Origin: Podarcis tiliguerta
Lineage: Eukaryota
Direction: 5' to 3' (one strand)
DNA length: 64,000 bases
Assembly (NCBI GenBank): GCA_965153285.1
Contig: OZ229114.1
Within the stretch, counting starts at the first letter, position 1. Every line of letters starts with the position of its first letter. The translations under genes were made by a program, and so were the position numbers. Below the pieces are notes generated by a model. That model saw only the letters and a program-made list of their open reading frames with translations. It had not been told where the DNA came from and did not search any database. This document shows, one piece after another, positions 48,271 to 61,311 of the stretch.

Positions 48271-48276
48271 TTTATT
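48271..48276 (-). terminator. Candidate polyA signal, LCOR short isoform (alternative at 48412-48417)
   Basis: AATAAA on the minus strand with a downstream GU/U-rich element. Confidence 0.55.
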
Positions 48277-51200
48277 TGTATATATAAACATATATCGACC
48301 CACCCTGGTACTCCACTGAAAGAAAGCATCACAAGGAAACAGAACCATAGATATTTTAAAAAGACACTTTAGAAACCAGCGCTTTGAACCATTCAAGTTT
48401 TCACAACAAAATTTATTAGAAGAATAGTGGTTCTGAAAAGTCTAGCATCCAGTGAAAACTACCATACACGTTACAGCTGGGAATGTGTTTTCAAAATGAC
48501 ATGGCCAAAGAATACAACAGGGCTGTTAAACCCTTACACATGCACAACGAGAGAATCAGCGCTTTTGACATACAATGCAAAAAAAAAAAAAAAAAAAGTG
48601 GACCACGTGAATTAAAAATTTATAAGTACTTATCACATACATTAAGACACAGCTTATTTAGTCCAGTCAAAAAATCAGAACTGCATTAAAAATTAAATGT
48701 AGTGCAATCAAACCAAAACCTTAATTTGTGATCATAAGTGCTCTACTACATAAAATGTTGATCATAGCAAGGAACAAAAAAGTTCAAATCACACAGTACA
48801 AAAAAAATCTGTAAATAAATACAAACTACAGTACAAGAGAAATATTAAATTATACAATTCCGTCAAACTGTAAACAGTATATTGAAATGAGGTCCATAGA
48901 TTAAAAAGGGGGTTCCTGCTTTATTTTTCCATGACACTTGTACTTTTAGAGGTCTGTGAAAAATGCCATTTTTTCATACTCTACATAAATAGAACTTTCT
49001 AAGGTGTAAAGCATCAAATAATAAAGCAGAGGCATTGCTGACGCACAGTTATGGTGAAATTAATGCTGGTGCGAGCAGCAGGCTTTATTTTAATGTGTTA
49101 CACACATGCTCACCAAACAGACCCACCACTATAGGCGTGAAATGCCAACACACTCACAATTAGTGCGCGGCACAAGAGGTGACACGCCCAGCAAGGAGCA
49201 TAAAGGTAGGCGCTATCATGTGCTCCCACAATCTATGTGCTGCTGCTGATTATTTGAAAGTTTTACACTCTTGCCATAAAACACCAACTTTGGCAGAAGG
49301 GTTACTAATAAACTCAAGCCCATCTGGCCCATTGGCTTCCATCACAGTGGCCAGTGCACAGAATTCCTAGAGACATTGCATAACTAGAATGTAGAGGTCA
49401 GACACCCAAGGGCCAGGGCTCAAGTTTAGAAGTACCTGGGATGAAGGAGAAACCACAGCCGTACTGAGAAGCTGCCCCTGTTCCATTTACAGGGACAGCC
49501 AGGAATGTATTTGACATTAGCTGTGCTGGCTTGGTAGTGGCATTTTTAAATATATACGTTTAAGATTACATATATAATATATATGTATATAACATAATAC
49601 ACATACTATATATAGAAATTTCTTACAATACATAATTATCAGGAACCCCCATGCGATCTTGCTCAGTAGTAATAACTGAATATACAGAATGCCACTACGT
49701 GTCTGAGGCACTGCGTGCTGGAGAGTAATATGCAGCTTTAAAATCCGTTTGGCTGAGTTATACCTGGATACCTGAACTGAGTTTAAGTTGACATTCATCA
49801 AGGATGTGCTATTAGCACATCAAAAGAAAAGCAAAAACAAAATACAAGTCACTGCTAGGTTTAAGAATAGTGTACAAGTACCTGAATTGAGTGAGGGTAG
49901 TGTGTAAACTGTCCCTGAGGGTTTTCAAACAGTGTGTGTACAAGCTGGAATCCTAAGCACGTTAGTTTATAACTTACACTGCGGACTGATAAAATACCAA
50001 CATTTGACAATTTAACAAGTGGAGGTTAGAAAGAGTTATGAGCAAACACTCAAAACATATTTATACATGTTTAAGCAGCAGTAAGCTGCTGTAAGCAAAA
50101 ATCCCATGGATATAACCACCCAATGGGACTCTGAGAGGCTGCAGTCTGTAATCTGTTTTTCTGATGCTAGGGCATATGACAGCCGCCATCTACCCTCTCT
50201 CAACAAGTAAAGAAGTTTCACCTGCTAATGTAGAATGCACCTAGTTACAGACTAGCAATTCAAGATTAGATTTTTAATCAAAGACTTTCCTATTACATAC
50301 TAAAATCCCTTAAGATCACTAATGCTGGTATGCTAATCTAGTTAGTTTTTTTTTAATTTCCCCCTTCATTTAAGAAATATACCATTCGACAACTTAAACA
50401 TTAAGATCCATTTTCAGTCCTCTGATGTAAAAAGCATGTCAGTGAATTTATATTAAAAATTTACATGGTAAAAAGGCTTGAATTTCAGCCAAAGATTCTA
50501 AATACTGCTCATTCCCTGAAGACAAAAGGGAGAGAGAATCCCTACCCATTTTCCTAGTGATATACTTTCAAACTGAGCACTACACAATGGTCTAAAACTA
50601 TTCTTCATTTGGGAAACTTTACCTAGCCTCCCCCATTTAGATCCCAAACCTTAAAGCCCTGAAATGGTCTACTGAAATGTTTAATTAAAATATCATGCGT
50701 GTACACCCAGAAGCTGCCTGAACATTATAAAATTCCTGGACTGAAACTTTTACAGTACCTTAGACTCTGAAGACCAGATAAATTAAGACTCTAGTTGTAA
50801 CAGTAAAAGTGCTGAAAGGTCCCTTTTCTGTCTTTTTTTTAAAAAAAACAACAACAACAGGTCAGACAAGTGCTTTAATGGTCTATCTATCTTTCTATCA
50901 AGTCTGTAAAGGTCTGATGAGTGTAGCACCAAATGTGAGGTACATTAGAGGCTGAAGTGGCATGTCCACAATTTTAGAGTGGGAGAGGAAATACTTAAGT
51001 CAGATTTTTATAAACTAGCGACCAAAGACGCAATGTATTTATTGTATAAAGAGATGGAACATCTAATCTTCTAAGGAATTTTTTTTTTAAAAAAAACTTT
51101 GTATTAATAAAAACGGATTGTGCAATCAATTTAATCATTTGAGAATTTTATAATGAATGTTTTCAGGCCATTACCTAATTACAGGTAATTTTGCAGGCTT

Positions 51201-51924
51201 GAAAATATTACTGACTTATACAAACTCTGACTAAATCAAATCTAGATATCTGTCAGAAAGATGCTGCAGTGGCCAACAACTTGAGTTTTTCTTTCTCTGG
51301 CATTTTGAGTGCATCCGTGGATTATTTTAGGTGCCTACATAGATTCATCCACAAATTTGCAAAAGGTAACATTACAATACTTGTCATGGCCAATTAAACT
51401 GTATCTGCATAATTTTAGACTTCAACAAAAGCTTGCTCACTTGCAAAATTTCAGTTTATGACTAGATATTCTATGGTGTATTTCCAAGGAGCTTGCCAAG
51501 TTCTACGTTTGAGAATTCCATAAGGCTAAAGGGCCAAAAGACGCACATCTCCAAATCCTTCGCTCTCTTCCAAGCCCTAGGTCAGTCCCAGACCCTGGTC
51601 AGTCTGCAGCTCCTTCCTTCTGCCTACCAGCCCATGATGTCAGAGGCCCAAATATCTACCACTGCATTCTTCTCTTTGTCTCCGTTGGACCTAATGTGAA
51701 GCTGCAAGCTTTTGATGGAAGGAGTGAACAGAAAATCTCTATCTCTAGTACACCAAATTCTCCATCAGTGATTTTCTGTTCACAATCTTGAACTGCCCAG
51801 TAGTTGCATATGCTTCATACACCAATTTGGCCAAACCTGGTAAACACCACGACAATTTACCAAACTGTTCACTTATCAAAAAACTCAGAAATTTTGTTTG
51901 ATGGAGCACGGGTATAATGACCAC

Positions 51925-52345
51925 ATTTGGGCATAATGTTAAACTATGGTTTGGTATTATGCGAATGAGCCTCGCCTCCTGCCGGGCTCATGTATTTCCT
52001 CTCCACATTCCTGCTGCACAGCAGGGAAGAATTTGAAAGCTTTGGTTTGCTTTTAGTTAAGTGGAGTGTGCCGCTTCATCCTAACTGGGGATTGTTGTCT
52101 AACACTAACTTTGGCTAACGTCACGAAGCCAGCTGCTTAACTCGTGGTTTGAAAGTGGCTTATTTTTAAACTAACCAGTCTGTGTTGAACCACAAACCCT
52201 AGCTTGAATGAAACATACCACAGTTAACTAAAACCAAAAGCAAATGTTTCTGAGCTCCTTCTGTGGAAAGTGTGGAGGGAAGGAGAGAGCATGCGAATTT
52301 AGAAGGAGACTAGACTTGTTAAAATGGTGCTAAATCACAGTGTTT
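51925..52345. mobile_element. Degraded palindromic DNA-transposon relic in the LCOR 3' UTR
   Basis: Inverted arms: gctttggtttgcttttagttaa vs ttaactaaaaccaaagc, and catg..ttcctctccaca vs tgtggagggaa..catg. Confidence 0.45.
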
Positions 52346-53380
52346 TAAAATTCAACTATGAAAGCCATTAGACACCCATGTGTTATAAAAGCCAACTGCA
52401 GAACGTGTAATTCGCAGACAGCAGGGAAGTTGATTTTTTTAATTACATTTCTGAAACTGCAAGGGAGAAAAGCAAAAGATGCCTGATCCACAAAGAATGG
52501 ACACCCTATAACTTCCTAGAAGCACCTATTTTTTTGCCTGAAAACATATGGAAAAAATTATTTTTATGTCAAGTTTATCTTTTCAAGACTGCCCAAGTCC
52601 TTCAAGCAGCCTTGGCTAATATGTGAACCATCCCACTATGGAGCTGAAAGCTAGACTTTTAAAAGTTTCTGTTTTAGAGTTCTAGCAAAGTGCTTTTGGA
52701 TAAGAAAGGGGGATGCTAGGAATGCTTCCCCAACCCACTCAGGTGCCATGCCTTTATCCTCTTTATCACCTCTGAGACGCTCAGAGACTTTAGGAAGATT
52801 TAATCCTAAATTTATTATACATGGAGGGTGGAATCTGCTTTTCCCTGTCAACACCACAATGACATTTGACTCCCTTTCCATTTTTTTGGCTTGCTAAGGA
52901 GCTTACCATGAGACATCAATAGCATGATGTCAATGGGATCACAAATACAGCCAATGTGTGGAGGTTTACATGGGAAAACATTTTTTTTAAAAAAAATGCA
53001 TAAATAATTCCTGACAGTTTCTGAGCAATCATGGTGTCATCTGAGATCATAGTTCAAACTGCCTCATCATTTGTCAATATGCTTTGGGATAAGCCACAGG
53101 AAACAAAGCAGACCTGCACTGCTACCATGTTTATAAGGTACATCTCATTCTTAAAGGATAATGAAAATTTATTCCAGATTTGCATTAGAAAATATTTAAG
53201 AAAACATTCAGACTAGGCCTTTCCTTTGGAGGCAGAGCAGCAGGCAGTATGGAGCAGTCCTAGGGCCATACAGAAGCAAGGGCATATTCTTGGGGCATTT
53301 GGCTAATGCAAGAAGAGGATCTTCGTGCCCCTGGAGGAGTTATCTTTCAATTCTTTTCATAAACTCAGGAGTTTGGAGAT

Positions 53381-53412
53381 TATATATATATATCTATATA
53401 TATCTATATATA
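53381..53412. repeat. (TA)n / TATC microsatellite
   Basis: Read directly. Confidence 0.85.
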
Positions 53413-56400
53413 AAGTAAGGGCAACAGTCCAAACCCTACAACTTCCATTCTTTATAGCTGTAGTGAAAACAAAAAGGCCTGGGGCACAGAAAATGAGGTT
53501 CTAGAATGGCTGACAGAGGTAATAGTGTATCAGATCGCCAGGAAAGAGCTTTTATATTTTACAGATCCAAGTAAAAACTGATACATTTTCTACACACTGG
53601 GCTCGCTCCACAGAACTGCACAATAATTAACTCCACACTTGTACCCCTACAACACTAAGCCTTACTCATCTGTATAACCTGCTGTAGCAAAAGGTCACCA
53701 AGCAACATCTAAATTCCAGTACAATAGTGAACTTGATTTTAAACGTTACACAAACACACTCTAACATTAGTCTTCTAGGCTGGGAGTAGAGGGAGAACCT
53801 ATCCTTCATGATACCTGGTCTGTATAAGCAGAGGCTGCCACAAATACTGTTCACAGTTTCATTCTGTCATCCAGGTGCACATGGCACCGTCAACAGATAC
53901 ACAATAATTCCACCAAATTTTGGTTCTGGATCTAACACACATGTGATCAAAATGTCCAGTTCTTCCTCCCAAAGACTTCACCATTTCTGGAGCATTGCAC
54001 TTGGCTTGTCCCCTTAACATGCTCTCAAAAACGACAGGGAAAACAAGGCCTAAGCTCTATGTCTTGCGCAAGTTACATGAGCATCCATTTACTGGAAAAC
54101 AGGAGAAAACAAGGCTTCTCTTACAAAGACAGCAGCGAACCACATCTTCCCACATCAAACTATGGTCAGTTGAGGATTTTGGCCATGCAAACTTCTGTTC
54201 AGCAGAAAATTAAGCATGCTAATGGATAAACACTGATTCCATTTTTTCCTAACAGGAAAGATGCTCCCAAATACTACTCAAAGCTGCACCAAAGGCGTCT
54301 GTCAGAGCAGTCTTACTTCAGTGAATCACTTAGGATCTAGAGTGAGATACAGTCACAGGATGAGCCACCTGGGCAAAAACAGGTGAGATGAAGTCTTAAA
54401 CAAAAGTTAAACATTAAAAAGGTGCACCTGAATATTACAGACTAAGTTTACAAAACCTACAATAAGGTAAAATATAGATATATTTATAACTTTTGAATAT
54501 TCAGCAGCTTTTTGTTTATTTTTGAGAGGCTTCTGAAATTTTAGAAAGGGACAACTAACTAATTTCAACCATGCTTCACAAAACAATAATGGCTATTTTA
54601 TATTGCAATTACAAAAGTAATGCAATTAGTGCTTTAAAAATAACCTACTCTTTTTCCTTTTCTTTTTTTAAGCAGAGACCTTTTGAGGAAATATGGTTGT
54701 TCCAAAGCTTCTGGGATTTTTTTTTTTTTTTACCTGAATAGGAAGTGATCACAGATATTAAGTGTTATATTTCAAAGCTTTGTAGATAGGAATCTTACAA
54801 TCGTCAGGTCCCAGGACTTTTATCTGAGAAAATTAAGTGTTTGGTTGTTTAATTCATTTTCTAACCAAAGCAATAAGAATACGCAACTATCACTATCTAT
54901 TTACAGTTCTCAACCTATGGTCTGAAATGACGTACAAGTAGTTCTCTTTCTAAACTGCAGCATTAAAGGGTAGGCACACCATTTTTCTGCTGCACGATTG
55001 TCATCCACTTAATGATACACATAGAAAATATTTAGGTAAGTAAAATGAGCACTCCACATACACTATGAACAAGGTTTTACGGAACTCAACTCATACATCA
55101 CTTAAATAAAAACAGCCACAAAAGGTTAAACCTCTGACAGTAAAACTCTATGCAAGTGTTACACTTCTAGCTTGCAGCAAATCTTCTCCCACACTTTCAA
55201 TAGCAGATGAAACCACAAATTTAAAACAGTGCATTTTTATTGCAATTTCCAGAAAAACTGGAGTATATTGCAGAGTTTCTACACCACTATGGAGCTTCAA
55301 ACAGGTTTCTGTACTGAGATGACACCTAGATAGCTAAAGGAACTCTGCTTTTGAGTATGGAAACACATTAAGCTACCAAAACAAAAAGAAAAGTCTAAGA
55401 ACAGTAGTACAAAGCATATCTGGGCCAAAAGCCCAGTCTCTCTCAAGAATGAGAAGTGCATATTTAACACGACAGCAATGGTGTGCCTAACCTTTGAATA
55501 CAGTGGGTTACTGGGAAGCAATCAACCAATCAAGAAGGCCAACTCAATTAATTGCCCCCAAATTCAAGCAGCAGCCCTGGGGCTATCTAGGCCTTCTTCC
55601 TATGAATCTTAGCATCCACTTTCAGTCATTAACACAGGATAACTAATTAAGAACAGTGCTCAAATGATGTCTCACATACAAATTCCATTGCCTCTTTTGG
55701 TTGTGCAAAGCAGTAGAGTGGAGTCTTATCAATCTTTTGCACAGCTAAGATTAAATTGTTTCTCTACCCAAAGAACCATTAAGTCTGATTCAGTGAAGCT
55801 GCAAGTCCAGAAAGCTTTATTTAAAGCTTAACATGTAAGAATGTTCAGATGCCTCTGCAACTAACAAGACTGAACTGTGGATTTAGGAGTGCTAGTGGTG
55901 ATCTGCCTATGCGAGTGTGTGCTAGTCCCCTATTAAAATCAATAGTGGATGAAATAAAAACAGAAATTCAGGATATGCAAGCACATTTCCTGCTACTGGC
56001 AACTGTAGTATTTAAAAAGGAAACACCCATTGGGTGTTCAACCCTGACAGTGTTACAACTAGATAAGATGCTCAGCCTAAGTCAGACCAGAGTGATCTGA
56101 TAATGGGTTTTATTAAAATTTGTAAAAATTTCTTCCCTGAACATTAACATAGATCCTTCATTTACATGACTATTTAGGCAGACTATTGAGGTTGTATGTT
56201 TAAGAGATCAGTTGGTTTGATGAGGATTTTTGTTTGTTTTTTGCCCAAGATTACAGTAAGCTGTTATATGTATTCCTGACTCCCAGAAGAGAGTTCTTTA
56301 AACGAGATGTTGGAAACGCACAGTTTAGCAAACTCAGAATCCAGTCTGTTAAAAAGCACGTAGGTCACGAAAAAGCCATTATTTTGTTAAAGTGAGGAAT

Positions 56401-57264
56401 ACCCTAGTATATCATTCAATGTACCCTGATGCTCCTGAATGGAGTGTTGAGATAAGGCTACATCCTCAAGCAGGCAAGCTGAACTCTCTCGCCTTTGCAA
56501 AAGAGCAAACACAATTACAGTGAAGGTAGTGTTCCAAAGGAATGAACCAAAGCATTCTGAAGGTAGTGTATGTAAAGTTCCCCCATCCCACTCCCACCCG
56601 CCCCGCCGGGTGAGCACTAAGCAGATTGCAAATAGTAAAGGAGGAGTTGAATTTAAAACAAAATGGCTCCGATTAGACCCAACTGACTAGGAATCCAATC
56701 ACTAATCACTGAATTCAAAATGACTAGCCATACTTAAAAAGGTTAAACTCTCTTTCAAGCCAACTGGATCGAAGAAGAAAAAAACTGTGAAAGCCTAATT
56801 ATAAGCAATTATCCAGTTTTTGTTTTACAAGTCTGGTACTAGAGCTCAAGAAAGTGATTTTTTTAAAAAGGCCATATGAAGAAAGCAAACCCAATAAAAT
56901 AACTGAAAGTCCATGCAGGCTCAAGAGGCAAACAGTCCACTTCCATGTCTGCATTCTTTGTGAGGTAACTCAATTCTCTATAGAATATTAGAGAAACATG
57001 CAAAAGGCCAAAAAAAAATCCCCCAACAACAAAACAAAACAAAAACACAAAAGAGGGCTCTAAGCCATTCCGGGCCAGAAAATTTACAAATATGCAACAT
57101 TCAGAGCACCCTTTTCCCCCTGTGTCCACACAAGTCTTTGCTGAACTGCAAAGGAGCATGTCCTGCACCCAGTGACTGAAGAGGAGTTGGGTACATACAG
57201 CAGGAGTTGAACAATGCCATAGTGCTCACCCAGTTTATAATGTAATTGGCACTCTACAACATCC

Positions 57265-58234
57265 CTAATCATCCTTTGACTCATTCGCACTCTGTGCTGC
57301 CTCTCCCTGGGGATCTATCTCAAGCTTTACAGAGACATCCTGTCCCTCCGACCGCATTAATTTCATTTTTTTCTTTGGAGGGTTTTTCAAAGTGCCCAGC
57401 CTCTCTTTCACTTTATATTCCAGGGTGCTATGGGGAATCCCATAAATACTCTGAGCTTTGGAGACGCTCATTTTCCCACTCATCACCACAGAGATCGCTT
57501 CTTCCAATATCTCACTGTTGTACTGTCTGTATCTGCCTCTTTTCTTCCGAGGTTGCTTAGAGCCAGGATCTCCCTCTTGATCAGAGGTGGGATATGGCTG
57601 TCCAGAGGTAGATTGCTCAGCATCTGAGCCCCAGGAGTCTGGTCCGGGATCCAGCAAGCTCCTTCTGTTTTGTTTCGGAAGGATAGCCCTTAACTTTTTA
57701 CTAAGCGCGCTCTCCGTTTGTGAACCCATCACCAAAGAGCTATAGCTATACTGGTCGCCAGAACGGGACTCCCATGAAAGGTCCATGCCTCGAACTTGTG
57801 GTATCTTTAAATCCACAGGAGTTGAATGGCTCATGTCCTTTTTCCCATCCTGTTTAGTTTGAAGTGCCATTTTTTGAAAGGCTGAATTTTCTGTAAGAAA
57901 AGGAAGGTCACTGATGTTGCTGAGTGCACCGTTTCCCCTGAATTTCATTCGGGTGAAGTTGAATTCGTAGTGTGGTTTTGCCCAAGAAGCCTCCCTGGAT
58001 AGTATCATGTGCTGTCCGTGATTCTGCAGCCCAGACGGCCCATGGCTGGCAGCTGTAGCATGCTGGTTTCTGCTCAGCAGTTCTTCGCTTATCTGCAGTG
58101 ATCGAGCCAATGGAACTTTGAGAGATGTGGAGTGGCCAGACCCTTCCCTCGTTCCATCCTGCCAACTTCTCGGGGGCACCCCATCACCACTCCGAAGTCC
58201 CTCTGCATGGTGCTGGCTGGGTCTCCCAGGTCGC
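57265..58234 (-). CDS. LCOR: LCOR terminal exon of the canonical short isoform (HTH-psq DNA-binding domain)
   Basis: Acceptor tttccttccatccaattag|G CGA CCT. Encodes RPGRPSQ...PRKKRGRYRQYNSEILEEAISVVMSGKMSVSKAQSIYGIPHSTLEYKVKERLG...SKDD*, a pipsqueak-type HTH with a basic NLS. Confidence 0.96.
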
Positions 58235-58442
58235 CTAATTGGATGGAAGGAAACTGATGTGAGCAGGACTTGCACAGGTAGGGAGGAATGGGTGAGGGGG
58301 CCACTCCTTTATTAGAAGACCTTGCTTGGGTAACATCACTTTTGTGGGTTTTTATTTTTATTTTTTTAAGTCTCAGCAGTCAGTTTTTTAAAAAAATTGT
58401 TCAAAAATAAAGAGAAGCTTTTTGGGCAAAGAAAAACGAAAC

Positions 58443-58505
58443 CTGTCAGCTGGTCTTTGGTTGGGTTCACAAAATCTTGGAGCAGAAAAGGCTTCGCGCA
58501 AGTGT
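58443..58505 (-). CDS. LCOR: Candidate 63-nt in-frame cassette exon of LCOR
   Basis: TTCTAAT branch point, tattttcag|A CAC TTG CGC GAA ... GCT GAC AG|gtttcg. Phase 2-2, no stop, adds HLREAFSAPRFCEPNQRPAD(R). Confidence 0.55.
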
Positions 58506-59199
58506 CTGAAAATAGCATCTTAATTATAGATTAGAAAGGAATAATCATTTGCTAGAGTCTATTCACGACTGTATTACTAGTGTGACGTTACCACTAAACA
58601 AGTACAGTAATAAAAGAGTAAGCCAAGTGACAAAATGCAGCAAATTCAACACGCATACTCTCACACACCAGCCACCTGCACTTTTTATAAAATGCTGAAA
58701 GCTCTGGAGGGCATGGATTAACACTATATATGCTAAAGTTGCTGCTCAGCATCAAGAGCGCTCAGCAGAACTCAAAGGTGTTTGCTTATTTTGCATTAAA
58801 CATTAGAACAGAAAAACGGAATGGTTCTCAAATAAAAATGTTGCACAAATTCAGACTCCATTTCCTTTTAAAATTAATCATGTCACATAAATATCAATTT
58901 GATTCTCTTTTTCACATGCCTAGGTAAAGAAGCAGGATATTTTCTTGCCACATATGTATTATTTATTATGCTCTTTCCAACTTTACTGATTAAACAGATC
59001 CAGGTTAAATCTACTTTTAAAAGAGTATGATATACTGTCTAATCAGACTATCAATCTTGTTTTATGTACACAATTATTTCAGTTCCTGTAAATAATATGA
59101 ACAAAAAGTATGCAATGCATTCTTGGTACTTTGCTCATTAAGATGATTACTGTGTATATCCTATCTAGCAGACAGCCTTTATATATTCACAGACCCCTT

Positions 59200-59372
59200 T
59201 AACCTAGCCATCTGAGATATTTATTTTAGGACCCACCTTACTCTCTTTACTGTAATTTGTATTTCAATATTGTATTTTTACATTTTTGTAACCTGCCCTA
59301 GGACCTCATGATGAAGGGCAGGTAAGAAATCTAATCAACAACAACAATAACAACGACAACAACAACAACAAC
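59200..59372 (+). mobile_element. L2-like 3' end with (AAC)n tail
   Basis: T-rich stretch, tgtaacctgccct...agggcaggt stem-loop, then caacaacaacaataacaacgacaacaacaacaacaac. Confidence 0.6.
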
Positions 59373-59641
59373 GTACAGAAGATTTGGATGCATAGCAAGG
59401 CAGAAGGAAGAACTTACATTCAAGTTTGGACTTCCTAATTCTTTAGCAAATTCCTATTAAACATTACTCAGAATTTGAAAATTCTTAATTTGGTAACGAA
59501 CAGTCCACATGAATTCTGAACAAAAACCACCCCAGTGTCAAGGAAAATAATAAATTTCTACCAGAATTTTAAACATGCATTGAATATTTCAGCTAGTTCT
59601 AAAACAGTGAATCACTGTCCAGATATAAAGATTAACTAGCG

Positions 59642-59775
59642 CAGGCTTCTTCAAACTCGGCCCTCAAGATGTTTTGAGACTACAATTCCTATCATCCCTG
59701 ACCACTGGTCCTGCTAGCTAGGGATCATGGGAGTTGTAGGCCAAAAACATCTGGAGGGCAGTTTGAGGAAGCCTG
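59642..59775. mobile_element. hAT MITE
   Basis: TIR caggcttcttcaaact / agtttgaggaagcctg (15/16). TSD aactagcg / aattagca (6/8). Degenerate relatives at about 62010-62130, 38539-38615 and 26150-26230. Confidence 0.85.
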
Positions 59776-61217
59776 AATTAGCACTTTGAAAGACAAAGGG
59801 CAATAGTTAACTGGCATTTAACTTAACAGTACAAAGCAGAAACACATGCTGATCTCTTGAAGATGCTTTCAGTCAGCCATGTAGGAACACTTTTTTTTTT
59901 TAATGCACAGAACCTGTTAGAATATTCAGAAAGGGAACAGAAATTGATATTGTCCTTCACAATACAGTGTTCAGAGTTCTGACATACAGGGTTAAGTAAT
60001 ATATCCATGTTGTGAGGAATTTAAATGTCTCTTTTGCAGTTGTAAGTAAGTGACTGTCAACAATGGTTATTTTTATATCACTAGAAGTCCAGCAACTTGA
60101 AGATTATGTAATTCCACATCTATATTCAGCCGCTTAATATTCTAGCTGATTAGCTTTAAAATTATACGAAAAATGTATTCTATTGCAGCATTTTAAAGTA
60201 TCACCCCAAATTTCTTTATTCTCATGTATCTTCTCCCTATCAGCACATGCAACAAAAAATACAAAGTTGATGGGATTGTATAACCTTCACCAAGAAAAAT
60301 TTGCACCCAGAAACTGCCTACTAGTCTAATAATAGTATAGTATTTGGAATGTTTGAATTATTGAGTATTCATCTTGGAAACAGCTCCAAGGTAAGTAATT
60401 ACAAATCCGTCATTAGAAAACAAATGGAATTATAGCACTGTACTATAATAGTAGGTTATATAAAAAAAAATCCTAACAAATATTTTACAATTCTTGCTCA
60501 ACCACTATCTTTACTTTAGTGGCCTTGCCTAGACATTCTGACTACTAAAGGAAACACTGTTTAGTTTGCTGATCTATTCAAATTAGGCAGCCATCATCCC
60601 ATCCTATCAAAGGCTGAGATCGGGTTCAGATACTCATCAAGCCTCATGTGATCACCTGTGGGATGTGCATGGAACTACCAAAGGTTCACAACCCAACAAA
60701 GATCATGTGCAGCCACTGGTTGTATGACCTGATACCCCATACATGAAGCCACTGAAACTACATTGTGATAACACTTTTTGACTTGCTACAATCATGAAAA
60801 CCGCAGTAGTCATTTGTATAAGCTTCAAGGGGAAATGGTTGTTCATACAACTGGCACCCAACATAACCCCTGCCAAGTTGTTAGCCTACTCATAGGCTCC
60901 CATAGACAAATGCACAGGTGTGGCTGAGCATGTGAACGAAGTCAAAATAGTCAAATTTTTAAAAGGTTGAAAGATCATAGCTCTACATTTCATATATCAG
61001 GTACAAAACCAAAGTATTCCTGAAATGGAATTAATTTTTCAGTTGACTTCATATTTAAGGATTGGAAGAAGGTGTTTTAACAAGATGCAATTATACTCTG
61101 AAGGGTTAAATCAACTCTGTCTGTGGAAGCAATAAGTAAGAATTTGACCCTCAGTTTGTTGTTATGCAAATAACTTGAGGGGGGTTTTAGCTTAAAAATA
61201 CTAAGAATTTCCCTTAC

Positions 61218-61311
61218 CCATTCCCAGGAGTAGCGGAGCAGCCAGGTGAATGGCTCAAGGAGGCGCTGCCTGCACATGGACTTTTCTTAGTGGACAGATC
61301 AAGTACTCCGT
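61218..61311 (-). CDS. LCOR: LCOR shared coding exon (94 bp) with second CtBP-binding motif VLDLS
   Basis: Not in the ORF track. Minus strand ctgcag|AC GGA GTA CTT GAT CTG TCC ... GGG AAT GG|gtaagg encodes (D)GVLDLSTKKSPCAGSASLSHSPGCSATPGN(G). The phase-2 donor matches both downstream acceptors. Confidence 0.95.

Larger units (their letters stand above)
48250..57264 (-). other. LCOR: About 9-kb 3' UTR of the LCOR short isoform
   Basis: AU-rich, TE-poor stretch after the TAG. Minus-strand AATAAA at 48412-48417 and 48271-48276, the latter followed by GU-rich ctgtgttttgtatttg. Confidence 0.65.
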
